Assembly (NCBI GenBank): GCA_002269645.1
Contig: NIVC01003443.1
Coordinates: 1-64,000 of the forward strand
Direction: 5' to 3'
Length of the DNA: 64,000 bases
From: Macrostomum lignano
Lineage: Eukaryota
Below, piece after piece: positions 13,823 through 26,577 of the stretch; the stretch's first letter is position 1, and the number at the start of each line of letters is the position of its first letter. The translations under genes and the position numbers were made by a program. Below the pieces are notes generated by a model. The model was given only the letters and a program-made list of their open reading frames with translations, made no database searches and was not told the DNA's origin.

Positions 13823-14870
13823 GTGTGCGACCGGGAATCGGAAGGGCATTTAATGAGCGAGATCATGGCTATTGCGGGTCAAAAGTCCGAGAGCACCGTC
13901 TGGCACTCTACCGTCAAGCCCGATGGTACTGCCTACAGTTGTAGCACACTTGTGTGCATAAACAGGCTGCAATGCATCGTTTCCTACTGGAAAATTGAGG
14001 CATGCCGCTCATTGGAAATCCGGATTTTGTTGAGCTGGAGAAGACCTTTAAGGCCGCCGCAGACAGCAACCGAGGTCTGTTGTTGACGGTGAGGTCGGGT
14101 ATCCGGCAATAAGCAGTGAGGAAATGTCTAAGCTGCACGCGTACTTCACCATAGCAGATACGAAGAGGCTCCAGTATGAGGTGTTGTTTCTCATTGTGTT
14201 CCATTTCGGCTTTAGAGGTCGTGAGTGGATCGGATCATTTAAGGAGGACGCTATTGAAGCGACTGCAATGGACATGTTGAATATATCGATTTAGTGAAGA
14301 ATAATGAGAAGAATGTTTCTATCAAGAGTGCTAGCACCAAGAAAATTGGTATCATTTCGGTGAGCGATTAGGCCGTACGCCCCGTTGAGGCATTCACTCT
14401 TTACTTAAAGAAGCTTCCTGTTGACAACCCAAACCTGTTCCCAAGACCGAGGGCCAACTGGACGGGCAGCGACTGGTCCTGCAAAGAGATCCTGGGTAAG
14501 AACACGCTCGCCGGATTTATGAAGGTTATCCCATCAGGAAGCTGGTCTCGGTCGGTCGTGAACCAATCACTGCATTCGTGCGGCTACAATGACTACCCTG
14601 TAGGCTTCAGTGCGGAACAAACTCAGGCCGTCTCGGGGCACAAGAGACTGGAGAACGTGTTCCGCGGTACACCAAACGAGTGACAATGGATCAAAAGCGT
14701 CGACTGTCAACTGTCATAACTTCTGGCTGTCACGGAAGCAGTAGCCGCTAGAAGTGGCAACTCCCGCCAAGCGGATCGTTGTAGAGAATGGGACATCGCA
14801 GCCAAGCGACATGACGGCCAGAGAACCCACCATTGTCCTGGAAAAAACGGGGTAAAGTGTTCTATCTACT
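13823..14870 (+). mobile_element. Crypton-like recombinase (copy D) fused behind a short C-terminal fragment of another copy (C)
   Basis: GHLMSEIMAIAGQKSESTVW (C-terminal type) runs directly into VKPDGTAYSCSTLVC (N-terminal type). Then FHFGFRGREW, LFPRP, LGKNTLAGFM, TNHCIRAAT and SGHKRLENV, with frameshifts. Confidence 0.85.
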
Positions 14871-15331
14871 TATAACGTGCTTTGTGCCTTGCCTGCGATA
14901 TTGACGGCTTTGATTTACCGACTTTTTAAAAGACTACGCTTGTTCATAGTTGTTATCGTTGAACTCAAAAGCTGTTGAAAATTTCAAAGCAAATTGAATT
15001 GTTGAACCTCAAAGCTGTCTAATCTACATTGCACTATTGTTATACAATTTCTGTCAGGAAAAATCGGGCGGATAATGAGGTTTCCGCCGTAGACACAGCT
15101 TTCTCCCACTTTTTGCTTATTCGTGCATATTTCTTTGGGCGTTAATGAGAGCTTAGAATCAAGGGGCGACATTATATGCCCGAAGAGCAAAGAGGTCATG
15201 GTAAAATCTCTATGACAAAACTGAAGCATAAACACGTCTTAATTATGTTTTTAGTAGCCTTAAATAATGATTTCAAAGCGTAAATAATTAGCGTAAAGCG
15301 TGGGACAATGAATTTGAAAATGCTATGCACG

Positions 15332-15563
15332 TACCGCACGCGAAATACCGTCTACATTTTCGTTGAGAAACGTTTAAAAATGACACCAAGTGGCGTTTAA
15401 CATCCTGAAATTTCAAGTATAACACAATTGCTCACTGCTCCCACCATCTCGTTCTACGTAGTCCCTCATCCCAACTGTTCCTCTTGTTTGATGTTTAATA
15501 CCGTTTTAAATACAAAACCGATCCAACAAAACCAGCTTGCGTGTTATTGTCACATAAAATGCT
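15332..15563 (+). repeat. ~230-bp direct repeat, second copy at 19739-19975
   Basis: Shared blocks such as TACCGCACGCGAAATACCG and CTCCCACCATCTCGTTCTACGTAGTCCCTCATCCCAACTGTTCC. Confidence 0.85.
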
Positions 15564-15929
15564 TTTCGATGGGTGGCGAAATTCTTGTCAATGGGTGGTT
15601 GCGCAAGAGTGTCTATGGCGTTGCTGAATTCAACGCATAAGCGCCTACAACCATTATCCTGAATTCTGACCTTCGTCTAGCTCCATTATCGCTCGGAAGT
15701 ATCATAGACAAAATATTTGGTTGAACTTGTATGGCCGTAGGCTGCTTATCATAGTTTTTAGCCATAGACTATGTTTTCGAAGAAGAAAGGCACAGAAGGG
15801 GAGAGAGGATGAATAAAATGAAAGCTCTCAAATAATCCTACTAGCTAAAAAGCATCATGCCAAACCAAGTACATCTGTTTAACTGGGCTAATTTGCCGAT
15901 TAGTTGTCTTTCTGGTTAGAGTCAGCAGG

Positions 15930-16299
15930 GTGTGCGAATTAGAAGCAGCTAGACATTCCATGGCCGACATCATGGCGATAACCGGCCAGAAGTGCGAAAA
16001 GACAGTTCGCCGATATCTCTCAATCAGACGTGACAAGGTGCTAGAGAAGTGCAGCGACGCCGTACGCAAGGTACTGTGACATGGAGAAAATTACTACACT
16101 GGATTTAGGTGGCCATGTTATTACAAGCGTGGGCCCATCAGCCAGTACTACAGATAGCCCAGTAGTCAACACAAGCGTCTGCCCAGTCAACATCCAGAGC
16201 TCAACGGTCCAGGAGGCGGTCAACTTCGCAAACGCTCATCCAAATGGCAAGAACATCTTCGTCATGCAAAACTGCATGTTCAACCAATGCAGTCTGTGA
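15930..16299 (+). mobile_element. Crypton-like recombinase C-terminal fragment (copy E)
   Basis: HSMADIMAITGQKCEKTVRRYL and the tail NIFVMQNCMFNQCSL*, homologous to the tail at 35520-35571. Confidence 0.75.
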
Positions 16300-16330
16300 G
16301 AATTCATATGCAACTGTCAAAACTGACAAG

Positions 16331-17423
16331 TGTAGCGGAGACATGTACTTTTGACAGAGCCAGCCACTGCTGCTCAAACTGTCTATGGCCCAAATAAACT
16401 CGAGCCGTAAAAGGCCCAGCCGCAGCACTTTATTAAAAGACAAGCGGTCTTCATCTCGCCGCACGCGAGCCGCTTCAGTGGTGAGCCCGACTATACTCAG
16501 CCGTAGCTGAGTATTTCAAGCTTTTCGCCCGCTGCCTCGTCACAGTTTCGGCCACCAGGTCTTCCGAGTCCAGCCAAAGCCATCGGCCACCTCGATCCCT
16601 GCATCCGGCTCAGCGCTTTTGACTGGAGCCGCATCAAAGTGACCATGACCGATTCCTGGTCACTGCGGTTATGCAGTAGGTGAGAAGTGCACTCCGGGTA
16701 AGGGGCTCTCGCCTGCCAAAGATTGCTTGCAACGCCCCACCCGACGCTGCGACGTCGATGCGGCTCATCTCGGCAACGTCTTGTCCCAGCAGCACAGGCG
16801 GACACGTCGGACGAAGCATCGGTGCACTTTTCTGCGCTGCAGGCCCCACCACGCTACCGACGGATCACCACAATGGCATACGTACCAGCAGCATCATCAT
16901 CAGCACAACCATCCACTGCTGCCGCTGCCCTCGGCCTCGAGGATGCTGGTTGCCTATGACCTCAACTGGCCCACAACGCCACCGGCCCGCAGCTCGATCT
17001 ATCAGCAGCAAAGTGCTCACACTTTTGGACAGTCCCTGAACACCCGCCATCGAGCCAGCCTCTGCACGCTTTCGATTTCTGTGCTACTAACAGTTTCACA
17101 TTACCAATTTAGACGCCCCAACCCGGTCATCCACTGCCGGTGACCCTTTTCTAACCCAGTCGTTTCCATTGCGTTAGTGGCAAAGTAATCGCAGCCGACC
17201 CAGCCGTTTGCCACAGCAGCTGAGCTCCCGACGAGCACAATGCAAGAACAACATTGTCTGGCTCTGGGGGGAGTTGTGTAGCGGAGACATGTACTTTTGA
17301 AAGAACCAGCCATTGCTGCTCAAGCTGTCTATGGCCCAAATAAACTCGAGCCGTAAAAGGCCCAGCCGCAGCACTTTATTAAAAGACAGGCGGTCTTCAT
17401 CTCGCCGCACGCGAGCCGCTTCA
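16331..17423 (+). mobile_element. Miniature non-autonomous LTR element (TRIM-like, 1093 bp)
   Basis: 147-bp LTRs at 16331-16477 and 17277-17423 (TG..CA, few mismatches); PBS TGGTGAGCCCGAC at 16479; purine tract before LTR2; TSD CAAG (16327-30, 17424-27). Empty site is present in the inverted copy near 19497-19510. Confidence 0.92.
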
Positions 17424-17687
17424 CAAGCCAAAATATTTCAAGAGACTTTAGGCCTCTTGAAATTTGACTGTGTTTCCTAGTGTTTCTTGTCACCTTTTTG
17501 TTACTGTGCATTGTTGTATTGTATTGTTACTGTGTGATAGGCTGTTTTTCTAAATTAATTGTGGACATTTTTCAAGTCGTGGGCATTATCCAGAAGTGAG
17601 GCTAGAACCACAGGCTATAGAGTGAATTCAAAGTTGCGATAGTTTTTACCATAGACAAAATATTATCTAAAAGCACTGACTAGTGAC

Positions 17688-18373
17688 TGTGACGATACTA
17701 GTGTGGCGGCCTCGAGAATGAGCGAAGGCAAATGAGCGCGGCGGAGGCAAATTTGTAGGCAAACTTGGCAATAATATTAGTTAACGTTAATGCGATCGAT
17801 GGCTGCAGACTTGGTTTATTGTCAACAGAAATACAAGTTGGATTCGTAACAATGCACTGGCGGCTACACAACAACGAGTTAGAATAGCTTAGGTAGTAGA
17901 AGTGGCGTGGCTGAGAGTGGCAGAGGCGTGGCTAGAACCGTTGCGGAACGAGGCGGGGAGAGAAGGCAAGTAAACAAGTAAAGGCGGCAAGAGTCTACAG
18001 GCGGGAACGCAAAGCCAGGCGGGTTCCAAGTCTAAAGGGTCGCAAGGATCGCAAGGGTGCGAGAGTCTGAACGGGTCTAAACCCCGAGCGCACGGCCAGA
18101 CAGAACTGATAAGGAGCGGGCTGGGGGTGGCGCGCGAGGAGAAATTAGTATAATTAATGCGCGGCTTTTCTATTGGCCGGCTGAGAAAAACAGAAACGGA
18201 AATTATCGATCGCGCGCTGTACGCAGGTTTTACAAATGTACGCAGCTGATTAAAATTCTTAGGGCACTACTTTAAGCAAACGTGAGAGAACTGAACTAGT
18301 AATATTAAAGATTGAATTGGTACCGTATGTCAAAACGGCCCTTGGCAGGGCTACTTAAACTGACAACGTCACA
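17688..18373. mobile_element. Solo LTR (686 bp)
   Basis: TGTGACG...CGTCACA termini with 4-bp TSD TGAC (17684-87, 18374-77). Confidence 0.75.
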
Positions 18374-18452
18374 TGACAATGGTAGATTGCATAGTAGGTA
18401 AGAACCTGAAACAATGGCCAAACAACGTCGTACGCAATGTCATTGTCTGTGT

Positions 18453-19317
18453 CCATTATTTCAGCATAGCGTAGTCTGGCGGTCATTATTTCAGTGTGTC
18501 GGAAGCGGCCATTATTTCACACTTTTTTATCACACCTCAATTGGCTGTTTCGAGAGTTATTTTACCCATAGACGACTGACTTAGCTTGTGTCTTAGTTTG
18601 ACCGTAGACAACACTGTGATGAGTGCTGATTTCGTTTGCGTCTTGCAAGAAATTTCAAGACTAGATGAAAGTCTTGACCTAATTTCAGGTCTAGAAAGTC
18701 TGATTTCAAGTCTAGAAAGTCTGAAATCAGGTCTAGAGAGTTCGAGAAAAAGCGGGTAGTACGAGAAAAAGTTATTTTTCTTGTCAAACAACTATGGCTG
18801 GTGCATCTCGTCAAACAGCCCAGCTTATTAATTAGAAAAATCTTCTTGTCGACGACTCAACGAACCGTGCGACCTATGCTTCAGTGGGGGTGACACAGGA
18901 GATGCGGGTGAAGTATGGTAAGCATAATATGTCAACATTGTAAGTAAATTAGTGGCTATACTAATGGCTATATAGAAACTGTGAATTTTTACAATGTCCA
19001 ATTATCTGCAGGTCGGATGGATTCGGAACGCGCAGTTCGCTTCTCCGAGAACTGCCACTTCAAGAATTGCACGTTTCAGTTTTAATGAGCAACTTCCGAT
19101 GAACATTCTATGACTACTGTGTTGTTTTTGTGCTTAATGTGCGCGTTTTCCATTGTTTGGTGACTAAAATGTCCTGCCTATCCTTTTTTCTTGTCAATTT
19201 ACTCCAGAATGCCATGTAGACCGTTTACGAACATTATTCTCTTATGTCAGTTAATAAATACATAGTTAACTAATCGTCTATGGTTCAAACGCCTGCTAAA
19301 AAGCTGAAATAATGGCC
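18453..19317 (+). mobile_element. Putative non-autonomous Crypton derivative with inverted bipartite ends
   Basis: Left end: CATTATTTCA x3 plus CCATAGAC (18566). Right end: GTCTATGG (19276) plus CTGAAATAATGG (19304). Internal tail VRFSENCHFKNCTFQF* (~19035-19085). Confidence 0.5.
18650..18740. repeat. Short tandem repeat, ~21-bp unit (TTTCAAGTCTAGAAAGTCTGA-like), ~4 copies
   Basis: Direct reading. Confidence 0.7.
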
Positions 19318-19400
19318 AGTTTAGTTTGTCATTACGCCAGGCTGCATCTTATGGACAATAATTGATTTTTTCACGATAGATTAGAATCTGTCACCATCTG

Positions 19401-19724
19401 CAATACAACAATGCACAGTAACAAAAAGGTGACAAGAAACACTAGGAAACACAGTCTACAATTTGTAATTTCAAGAAGGCTAAAGTCTCTTGAAATATTT
19501 TGGCTTGTCAGTTTTGACAGTTGCATATGAATTCTCACAGACTGCATTGGTTGAACATGCAGTTTTGCATGACGAAGATGTTCTTGCCATTTGGATGAGC
19601 GTTTGCGAAGTTGACCGCCTCCTGGACCGTTGAGCTCTGGATGTTGACTGGGCAGACGCTTGTGTTGACTACTGGGCTATCTGTAGTACTGGCTGATGGG
19701 CCCACGCTTGTAATAACATGGCCA
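19401..19724 (-). repeat. Inverted copy of 16110-16330 plus 17424-17521 (Crypton tail and 3' flank, lacking the TRIM)
   Basis: Near-identical reverse complement; uninterrupted ..AAAACTGACAAGCCAAAAT.. junction. Confidence 0.9.
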
Positions 19725-22304
19725 TTTGAATATACACATACCGCACGCGAAATACCGCCGACATTGCTGTTTGAGTAACTTTAAAAATTACACTTAACTG
19801 ACGCATAAAATCCTGAAATTTCAAGTCTAACACAATTACCCGATGCTCCCACCATCTCGTTCTACGTAGTCCCTCATCCCAACTGTTCCTTTTGTTCGAT
19901 GTTTAATACCGTTTTAAATATACAACACCGATACAGCAAAACCAAAATTGGTTGTTATTGTCACATGAAATGCTTGTCAATTAATATTACACCCAGTTTT
20001 ATCCTGCGAAATTTTCTATGGCACTTGAAACTGGATGTCAATGCTACATTGTTTTGTAACCTTTGTAAGCTTGTACTCTTGTATGCAGCTACAATTGCCG
20101 AGCATATCCATGAGCACGTACTCATACGAGCGTAGACTGCTATTTGCACTAGCTAGCTAAGTAAATTTACTCACTAAAGCAAAGTGGGGAGGGAGCTGGC
20201 CTAGTCTTGCAGATAAGCCGCCGGCTTTTGGTACTGCCAGGCGCTGTTATCTTTAGTTCAACTTAGAGGCACCCTAGCACTGCTAAAGAAGACTCTTGAA
20301 TGTCAGTGAATATAGCGAAAATATCAAGTCATATTAATTTAAATTTACTACTGAAACAGTAATACTGTACATCAGTAAATGTTTGCGTCCAGCAATTACC
20401 TGCTCTTACTGTAGTATTTTTTGTCGAATTCGTTTAAGCTTTTTATTTGGAGGACAGATAGTGAGACAACCCGTCTCGAATCTGAGTTATCTGATAGGGC
20501 TGGCTATCAAGCCAGCCGACTTGAGCCGTTTTGTACTGATTTAAGCGAAAGGCTGCTGTCAAGCTGTGTCTGCACGAACTGCCCGCTTAACAGCCTACGA
20601 GAGCATTTCTGAGACGAGTACAGTTTAGTGTACGGTCTCCGAATTCTGAGTCCCGATCCATGCTCGGCTCTCTCTATCGTAATCTTTCCCCAGGCTGTAA
20701 CTGCCGCTTAGCAGTCTATTCCGTAATTTTATTGCTCAGTCCCAATTAGCCTATTTCCTTCTAGTCTTCTTCTCTCACTTCCGAAAGAAGACTATAGCTA
20801 ATTCAATAGTGTACCAAGAACTTTAAAAGAATAGACGTGAATTGTATAAACACATTCACTAATCATTGAGGGCCGATCGGTTTTTCATATGCAAATTCGT
20901 ATTTAAGCCTGCATACGCCATAATGAAATAATGAAATAAAATACCATAAAATTGTTTTTGTTTTCACCATGAGTCCGAATTGGAATTAGCACAATAGGGT
21001 TGAAGTGCGTGCTGCATTGGAAATTGCTCACTTAGTCTAGTCCAGACAATCGCAGAAAATGCCCTTCGGCTGCTATTTACTAAAATAGCTGAAATTTTAC
21101 AATGTCTCAAAATCTAGGTACGAGCATAAAGGCCGCGTCGGCAGTATCAGCTCTGCGCAGAGCAAATATGGGCTGCTTTTATTGCAATTTTTGTCAATAG
21201 ACGCTCTCCGCCGTCTTTTATATAGCCCCACAAGCACCCAAAGCGTGATTGCTTCTATCGGAAGCGAAGCGCAAATTCTGTTTTTAGATTTATGAGCAAC
21301 AATAGTGGACCATCTGGAGGTCTTTCGCGTTTGACTCATACGATTCAACTGACTTGCACAGGCTTACTTTTTAGCGTTGAGCTTAAACCCAGTTAACCTG
21401 TGGAGCCAATTTAGTGTGAGCAAAAATAGTGGAAATGATTAAACTATCTTTTTTCAAGTATTGGTTGGTACAGAAACATATTGGCATCGGTGTTCTAGCA
21501 GTGGGGGACATGATTACGAGCCTTAGTTATGAGTTGCAGCACTATCCCATAGATGTACGTAATGCAAATTCAGCGGCATAGTGCATTGCTTTGTGCCGTA
21601 GCAAGATTGATGAAAAAGTTTTTTTTCAAAGAAATTCAATGCATTGTGTTTCTCCGAACTAACTGTATTCTTAAGGAACACCGCAGCACCGTTTTGATGC
21701 TCGGGTGTTGCACCGCATTACCTATTCCACTCAACTCCCGCTGCCTCATGCAGTTTCTTTATTTCTCACATTTTCTTCGAAAAGCATCAGAATGTCACTG
21801 ACAGTCTTCATTTGCCTCTCTACACGAGTCTCTCTCTCTTTCTCCGCTTCTTTTCTTATTACTCGTATTCACTATAAATCTTTTTGTGTAAAATTTAGTT
21901 TTTCTAAGGTTTCATTGGGTTTGCAACACTTTAATGCAAACTGCAGGATAGATAGGGTGGAGGAGAAAGAAAGAAAAAAGAGGGTAAGAGAGAAACGGTG
22001 CGCACAGACAGGCAAGGTAGTGGCGGTCTCGCCCCTGGGTAGGGTTAGAGTTTCTCGAGACCCCTGCGCTGGGCTTTGACTGGCTAGTATCGCCAGCATG
22101 AGAGAGATAAAAAGACAAATTCAATTGACTGGCCGCCATAGCAATGCAAGTCCCTTAGTTTTCATTTCGAGACTGTCAAAATACAATATCGCCGCATGAA
22201 ATAGGAATAAAACGTAAAACATATTTTGCAGAAGAAGATTTGGACAATAGTTTGCTTTAGCAATGAAAATCGCCAAATAGAATCTTGATAAAAAGCCCTA
22301 ATTA

Positions 22305-23291
22305 ATGGCTTATAGTCTCCTGCCGCTGCTGTTGCTGCCGATCCTGTTTCTGACAATCGTGTCGGCGGATTGCGATTTCTTCCCCTGGAAGAATCAAGAT
22401 GATTTTCTGATTGTCTACTCAAGCCAGCAGGAAAAGGATCTGCGCACCTGGCAGACGGAGCTCTTGGCGCAGTACTCGCCGGCCACCTCCCAGCTGGTCG
22501 TCCTGTTCCGAACGCCGCCATCAAGGGAAAGGCTTGGCCAAGTGAAGCTTTTGTTCGACGCTACCTGTAACTTAAACAAAGCATACTATCACCTGCTGTC
22601 GCTGAACGATACGGAGTCAATAAGCGAGAATGTCACCCTAGCAACTGTGGACCAACTCGATCTACCCCAATTGAGCGAGTTCTGCCTCTTCTTAGAGGTG
22701 TACACCTACCAAAATGGAGACAGTGTAAAGCAGCGAGCATTTAGCCCCATGGCCAGAGGCTGTCACGTGAATCTTCATGCAACAGACGCTGCTCACTTCA
22801 GCAACCGATCGGCTCTGCCTTTGCCAGTTGCTGAACTTTTGAAGCACCGATACGGTCTGTTCGTAACTGACAACTGCTGCCTGCAGTACGCCCGATCTTC
22901 AAACCATCAGATGCAGCCATCGCAAGCGTCTCCGCTAACATCGAAGACGCTGACTTCAATGCGAGTTTCGCCGCAGTTGCTAACTGGGCTATACGTTCTG
23001 GTTGCTGTGCTCAGCCTGCTGAGTCTGATGCTGCTCATCTGGCTGGCTCGATATCTAGTTGCTTTGTTAAAAAAGTTCAAAGCCGCTTGCAAAGCGCAAT
23101 ACAGAGAGCTGGCGCTACGGCAGCGTCTGCGAGCTGCACAAATGCCAGTCTGCCGAGCGCAGGAGCTGCTCCCTGCTGACCTGGCCGGACCTCCGTACCA
23201 CCACCTGCTGACCCACTGTAAGTCGGTGCGCACCCGGCAGAGAATCGCAACAATGGTACCTCCTAAGCATGAACGCCTGCCGAATGTTTAA
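22305..23291 (+). CDS. Intronless type-I single-pass membrane protein, unknown family (328 aa)
   Basis: Long open frame; signal peptide MAYSLLPLLLLPILFLTIVSA; Cys-containing ectodomain with NxS/T sites; TM LLTGLYVLVAVLSLLSLMLLIWLA followed by a basic stop-transfer segment. Confidence 0.8.
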   Translation: MAYSLLPLLLLPILFLTIVSADCDFFPWKNQDDFLIVYSSQQEKDLRTWQTELLAQYSPATSQLVVLFRTPPSRERLGQVKLLFDATCNLNKAYYHLLSLNDTESISENVTLATVDQLDLPQLSEFCLFLEVYTYQNGDSVKQRAFSPMARGCHVNLHATDAAHFSNRSALPLPVAELLKHRYGLFVTDNCCLQYARSSNHQMQPSQASPLTSKTLTSMRVSPQLLTGLYVLVAVLSLLSLMLLIWLARYLVALLKKFKAACKAQYRELALRQRLRAAQMPVCRAQELLPADLAGPPYHHLLTHCKSVRTRQRIATMVPPKHERLPNV

Positions 23292-25938
23292 ACACTATAC
23301 GCGTATGAGGTTGAGCACAGTATGATTCGTAACAACTTTTAATTCAGCTCAATCAAGAGCATCCGAAGCTGTTGCGCTTTACTTTCAGGTAGACTATACC
23401 GAAAACTTTTTGTCAGGGAAAGATGACAAAAGATTTTGCATGGCTTGTTTTAACGGACGATTTAGTGAAGTAATGCTGCTTGTAATTTAAGAATTTGTAA
23501 ATGGAATTTGTATTCTAGTGATGTTTTTATCCAAAAATCCAGGCGAAGGTTGTTGTTTATTACTAATAGAATGACCAACACCAACTAACCAACCAAACCT
23601 AAAACCAACTAAAAAGGAGCGGTATATTTAGTTGGGTGAAAGAAATACGCAGTTTAAATTTTACTTAATATAGAACTACTTGCACACCTCACAACAGAAT
23701 GCCCTTTCGCGACAAAACAACGAATTAAATGCTTGAATGTATATCTAAAATCATTATCAGTGCATGTCAGTTCGCGTATCTATATTGTTGCTTTGTAAAA
23801 GTAGAAAAAGCTTTTTGTAAAATATAACAAATCTTAGTGTTCACTAAATAATTTAGTTATTATTTTGTTATTTCTGATAAGTAATGGTTTTAGCTTTGCT
23901 AAAATTTCGTGTTCAAAACCCGTATTTTGAGCGATTTAACGCTTAAAGTTGAGCCATCTGCAAATTATTTACTGGGTGCATTGTGCTGGGTACTACCCAA
24001 TATCAGTACAATATCAACAGTATATATTGCATTCTGCGCATGACTGCACATGACTGACAGTTTATTTGATTCAACAATTAAAGCTGGTCTCGTAAGAAAG
24101 TGAAAGAACTGTTGTTTACAGATTAAAAATTCAAACTTTAAAAGGTAAGTGGTTATGGCTTTTTAAATTAAGATAAAAGTTTCTTATGATAGAACTGAAA
24201 GCACACAGTAACTTTCCTGAATTGTCAGCAATTTTAAATTAATTTTCGAATGTAAAAATGAGAGTGGCTGACAATTTGATAAAATTTAAGCGATTTGTCC
24301 TAGGGGGCACGGGTATATCAGTTTAGGAGATCTTGGCGCGGTTCGAAAAAGGGCCGGGACAGAAACTTGTGCTTTTGCAGAAACTGTCAGTAGCGGGGGG
24401 GACTGTTGGATGTTTCTTACAAATTGTTTATTCAGGCGATGTGAAATTCAAGTGTGTGTTGGAATTCTATCTAGTGAAATGCTTTTAATGCACGCACGGA
24501 ACTTGCCATTATTATTATTATTCCGTTGGATGACTAGATCACATGATTCGTTTGGTGAAATAATGGTGGTGCCGACAGTGAAGTGCCCATTGTGGGACAG
24601 TCAAGTGCTGTCTGGGAGTTTCACTATGCAAGCATATTTGTACTATTTATATCTGTTGTATTCGAATACTATTGGAGAAGCTGAGCGGTGTAGAAACTGT
24701 AAAAGTACAGCGTTTCAGTTCGCTTGCACCAACAAGCTGCCCAATGTAACTGAGAGGCATCAGGTGCAAATGGATATTAGGTTAGCTGTCACATCAATCC
24801 GAGTTTACATTCAAATGATAGGTTCATTGGCTTTAAGCAAAATAGCTGGTCTAACAGTTGACAGCAGAAAAGCAAGTTTAAATAAAAACGTTTATCGATG
24901 CTTGCGCTTTCCTTTTTATTGGGTATTTTCAACAAACAAATGTCCCAAAAGTTTGCGAAATTCTCCTCCTTTACTCTTCAATGTAAAATCGATTTTCCAG
25001 AGATACGGGGGCTAATTACAACATCGGAAATTCAAAACAGAACTGCAGATTTTAACTTGGTCAAGACAGGCCATTGAAAACAAGTTGTCAGTCTAAATGG
25101 AACGAAAGCAACGCTTGAATGTTTAATACAAATAAGCGCTTCTGTATTAAATCAACTAAATGATGGGTTTCGACCTTTCAGGCCCCTTGTGAGGAAGCCT
25201 TCGGGCCTCAGGCCTCAGAAATAAATCAATTAGAGTCCTGGCCCCCCACTCCTGTCAGATGGTCAGCCCCATGGTAGCTTGATCGTGTGGCGAGCAGTCT
25301 AGGTCCTATAGCTAAGAGAGGGACAGCGAGAGACAAGCAGGGAGAATTTTGAAGGTAGAAATTAGCTAATCCGCAGACTAAGCTAACTCGCTGCCACCAG
25401 CCCGTGCGTCCTGGCTCACCACACCGGGACTCTCGAAATCGGGCTTCCGACTAGAGGGGGCTTTGCACTTACCTGCCAACTAGTGTCTTTTTGCTGTCAA
25501 TCTCGAAGTCATAGCCGATGATAAGGGACACTGCTGGGACTAGATCGCATTGGCCATGCAGGTACAGAGGGGACTTGTGCAGGGGATTCTTGCAGTGGCG
25601 AGTCTATGGGGTAGCTACATGTACTATTACATTGCTAAATACGAAGATATGTACTTTTGGCCCTCAACGCGCCAACTAGCCTCTCATAGCGCTGATGATA
25701 GACTAACTCGAACTTCAGAGACCTCGCATTATTCATTACCCGAGCCGCTTGGCTAACCTAGAGTGCACAAAGTACATCTCTGGCGCCGATTCTGCACTTC
25801 TGGCAGTTTTGCTCACTGATTTGATAGATTGATCGACTGAGAACCGCCTTGCCATTGGTCCGCTGTGACCGGCGCCTACTAGCTTAGCCACTCATCTGAG
25901 CCATCGGCGAACAAAGAAATAAAACCGATAAAAATAAC

Positions 25939-26577
25939 TGTTAGATTTAACCTTCTCCTTAGATCACTTCACACCTCAGATTGAATTGGAGTTTCAGACT
26001 ACTAGTAGTATTATTAAGTGATTTCTGCCTCAGTAACAGCACTACTGAACAAAATGAGCAAAAGTGTGCGCCTAATTCAGCTACTGAATCAGGGGACAGA
26101 TAGGGGATCACCCAATCAAGCAAGTCTAGGTAGCCTCTCACCCAACCAATCAGAAACTCAACAGCCGGAGACCAGGAAATCCACAGTGACCGAATCGGCT
26201 TGATGCTTCGCAGCTGTAGACTCGGGATGATGCTGACACAATCTTCGCTGATAGCTAGCAGGTGATGATCTTCGCTTGATGTTCGCTGCTGACGACCGGG
26301 GGATTCGTCCTTGATGATGATGGGGGGAAGTCGCAATCCGGGGATCAAGAAACGACGGTCGCGCTCCGGGAACCAGAAGTTGCGTGCTGGGCCCGAGCAA
26401 AAGTGAGTCCGAGCGGGCCAAAAACTCCGGTTTAAATAGCCGCCAACTGGACCGCAGTTTGTTATAATGGAACACGTCGATTCTGATTGGCTGAGCCGTT
26501 TTGTTAAATGAGCGCCGAATTCTCTGATTGGCTAAGCTTGTTGCTACCCAGAATCACGTGACCGAGAGATCCTATCA
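25939..26577. mobile_element. Possible solo LTR
   Basis: TG...CA bounded, with CAAT-box-like GATTGG repeats, but I found no matching TSD. Confidence 0.3.

Noticed and set aside
20150-20830. LTR-like segment
   Set aside because: Could not find matched termini plus TSD.
21097-21348. Possible piggyBac transposase fragment
   Set aside because: Similarity too weak to call by eye.
24410-25015. 201-aa ORF
   Set aside because: No recognisable motif or coding-like composition; cannot support it.
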